This document shows positions 61,755 to 64,000 of a stretch of DNA of 64,000 nucleotides, piece by piece. The translations under genes and the position numbers were made by a program. The notes under the pieces were generated by a model. That model was not told the DNA's origin. It worked only from the letters and a program-made list of their open reading frames with translations, and did not search any database. This DNA comes from Eledone cirrhosa (taxonomy: Eukaryota), in the NCBI GenBank assembly GCA_964016885.1, contig OZ024740.1:207142001-207206000 (forward strand), written 5' to 3'. The stretch's first letter is position 1. Each line of letters opens with the position of its first letter.

Positions 61755-64000
61755 CTACTACCGGTTTCTGCATTTTATGCATTATCAAAGGGGGGAAGTT
61801 GTATTGGTATAAAATGTTGGAGAGAAAATAATGTGATGTTGAACATGTTAAGGAAATGGGAAAGAAAGAATTATATTATTTACAAACAAGGTTTTTGAAG
61901 TAAAAAGAAAAAAAAAGGGGGTGATGTGGAACATGATAAGTAAATGGGAAAGAAAGAATATTATTTACAGGCATAGTTCTTGAGGATAAGCAGTTCAAAA
62001 TGTTATGGCAAGAGCGCTTGGTTGGTCCATAATGGAGGCAAATGGTAGTCTGGGATTTGATATGATTTCCCTTTTTAGAGAGTTAATAACCAAGGGTGGT
62101 CAGGTAGGGGAGAGAGAAGTGAGAGGGGATAATTCATTTATATAAGAAAAAGGATTAGGTAGGGTGTAAGGGAGGTAACTCTTTAGAGATCTTGGGAATT
62201 GGCGCTTTGGTTCATTGTTCGTTCCAGTTTTAGTTTAGTCTATTAAGTAGAGGTTGGAATTTGTTAATGAAGTACGTTTCCTTATTGGTACGATGGATGA
62301 AAGAAGCGTTGTCTATGAATTTGTAAATGGGAACAATTTTAAAGCTTGGATGTTGGTTAGGTGTACAATTGGCGATATGTTCACTAAAAGCAATCTTTCT
62401 GTATTCCTGTATTTTGATTTGTGATCTATGGACGGTCATACGTTGTCGGAGGCTGTATTTTGTCTGTCCTATGTAGTGCTCTCGACAACCTGAGCAGGTC
62501 AGAACGTAGATTAGGTTTTCAGATGCACATGTAAAGTTGTGTTTAACTGTGAAATATCCTTGTTTAAAATGGAATGTTGAACCTTCTATTAGATTTATGC
62601 ATATACCACAGTTGGGCCTTCCGCATTTTTTTACTGTAGGGTTCATTGTGAGGGTTGGTTGGATTTTGGCTTGTGTGGGGATGTTTTTTATGGATTTAGG
62701 TTGTCTTTTGCTCTTTATGATGTTGTGTGTTTGGAGGATTTTGTTCATTCTTGGGTCTCTTTTTAGTAAAGTAATGTTCTGGAGGATGGTGTCGAATGCC
62801 TCATTTTTGAGGGGGCTGTGTGTGGAGATGTATGGTAGAGTTTTCTGTTGCAGTTCATTCCTGGGTTTGGGGGTGTCTGAGTTCCTGAATGTTGAGTTTT
62901 AGGGGACGTTGGTATCCATTGTTGATTAGGGATGGTGGGTAGCTTTTGCTGATAAGTGTGTTCTTTAATTCTTCTAGTCGTGTGAAGCATGTGTATTTAT
63001 CTGAAACTATTGTGCAGATCCTTCTGGCTAGGTTATAAGGAATTGCCATTTTGGTATGGCGAGGGTGGCACGAGTTAAATGGAAGATATTGTTTGGAGTC
63101 TGTGGGTTTGTAGTATATGTCTGTTTCTATTCTGTTGTTTGTTTTCTTGATGAGGATGTCGAGGAAACGGAGTTGTTCATGACTGTATTCCATTGTAAAT
63201 TGTAAGTTTGTGTTGAGTCCATTTAGAAGGGTTTTGAACTCAGTCTTTCTATACTTTCATGCCAGAGGATGAAGCAGTTGTCCCGATATCTCTTCCAGTT
63301 TTTTTTCTATGTGTTGGTAGAAGTGGTTGCCGTATTTGTCTAGAACTTTGCGGTAGAGAGTGGTTTCCAAATATCCATGACAAGGTTGGCGTATGAGGAG
63401 GCTACTTTCATGCCCATGGCAGTCCCAGATTTCTGTCTGTAGTATTTGGCATCAAATTCAAAGAAGTTATTTTCCAAGATGAATTTGAGTCCCTCCAACA
63501 CAAATTCTTTAGGGATGCGCTAATGGGAAATTTTCAAGCCAGAATTGTATTGCCTCTACACCTAGGTTGTGTGGGATATTGGAATATAGATTGATGACAT
63601 CAAAGGTTACTAGTAGGATATGTTCATTATTAAGTGTTGTTGGGAGGTGGTTGACATGTCAAGGTCATCCCTTATGAAGCTTTTTGTGTGTTTTAGGAAA
63701 GGTTTAAGCAGAATATCTAGGAAGTTCCTTAGGCGGGGGGTTTCACATGTGGTACCTGTACCTGCTATTATGGGACTTAATTTAAGGTCATCAGGAGGGG
63801 GTATATTGATGTGCATGTCTGTGGCTTGCTTGCAGGCCCTGTCTATTACTTCGCTTTTGTGTGTCTTTGGGATACCGTAGAAAAGGCTGGTTCTGCTTTT
63901 GAAATTGGTGATGTGTTTGTATTCCTTGTCGGTAAGGCCTTCTTTGTAAAGGGTTGTTAGGGATTTTAGGTTTCTCATTATTTTCTGTTGTATGTAGCGT
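61755..64000 (-). mobile_element. Penelope-like retroelement (RT + GIY-YIG, Neptune-like), decayed, running off the window end
   Basis: FYGIPKTHK, FDVINLYSNI, GTAMG, FLDILI, YYKPTD..YLPFNSCHP, CGRPNCGIC, NLIYVLTC..HYIGQT..R..H. Degenerate hammerhead tTGATaA tgca taaaa tgca GAAA ccgg TA at 61755-61790. Confidence 0.93.

Overview
This is AT-rich, microsatellite-rich eukaryotic (animal) DNA. The repeat content resembles a cephalopod or other mollusc, but that assignment is inference. It holds two divergently transcribed host genes that the ORF track largely misses. ZNF706 (minus strand) has 2 coding exons giving 74 aa, with an intron 3 nt after the stop. RCC1L/WBSCR16 (plus strand) has 11 coding exons from 42716 to 61244, and its last exon lies beyond the window. 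The rest is a transposon landscape: a cluster of four Tx1-like LINE copies (1-7950), two Penelope-like elements, an RTE LINE with an internal PHD-like finger, an internally deleted Gypsy LTR element, a DD37D (maT) transposon, a Merlin-type MITE, a non-autonomous Helitron, a CRE-type remnant, at least two tRNA-derived SINE families and several minisatellites. The most unusual region is about 8.4-15.2 kb. There, at least five unrelated non-coding repeat families, each carrying a minimal type I hammerhead ribozyme motif (intact, degenerate or truncated), sit in (TA)n tracts as long fold-backs, tandem repeats or a solo fragment next to a Penelope-like element. Other notable items are a G_GGA_AAC -1 frameshift site with a hairpin or pseudoknot in the Gypsy element, and repeated tandem duplication of RCC1L splice boundaries, one of which creates a candidate in-frame 24-nt microexon.
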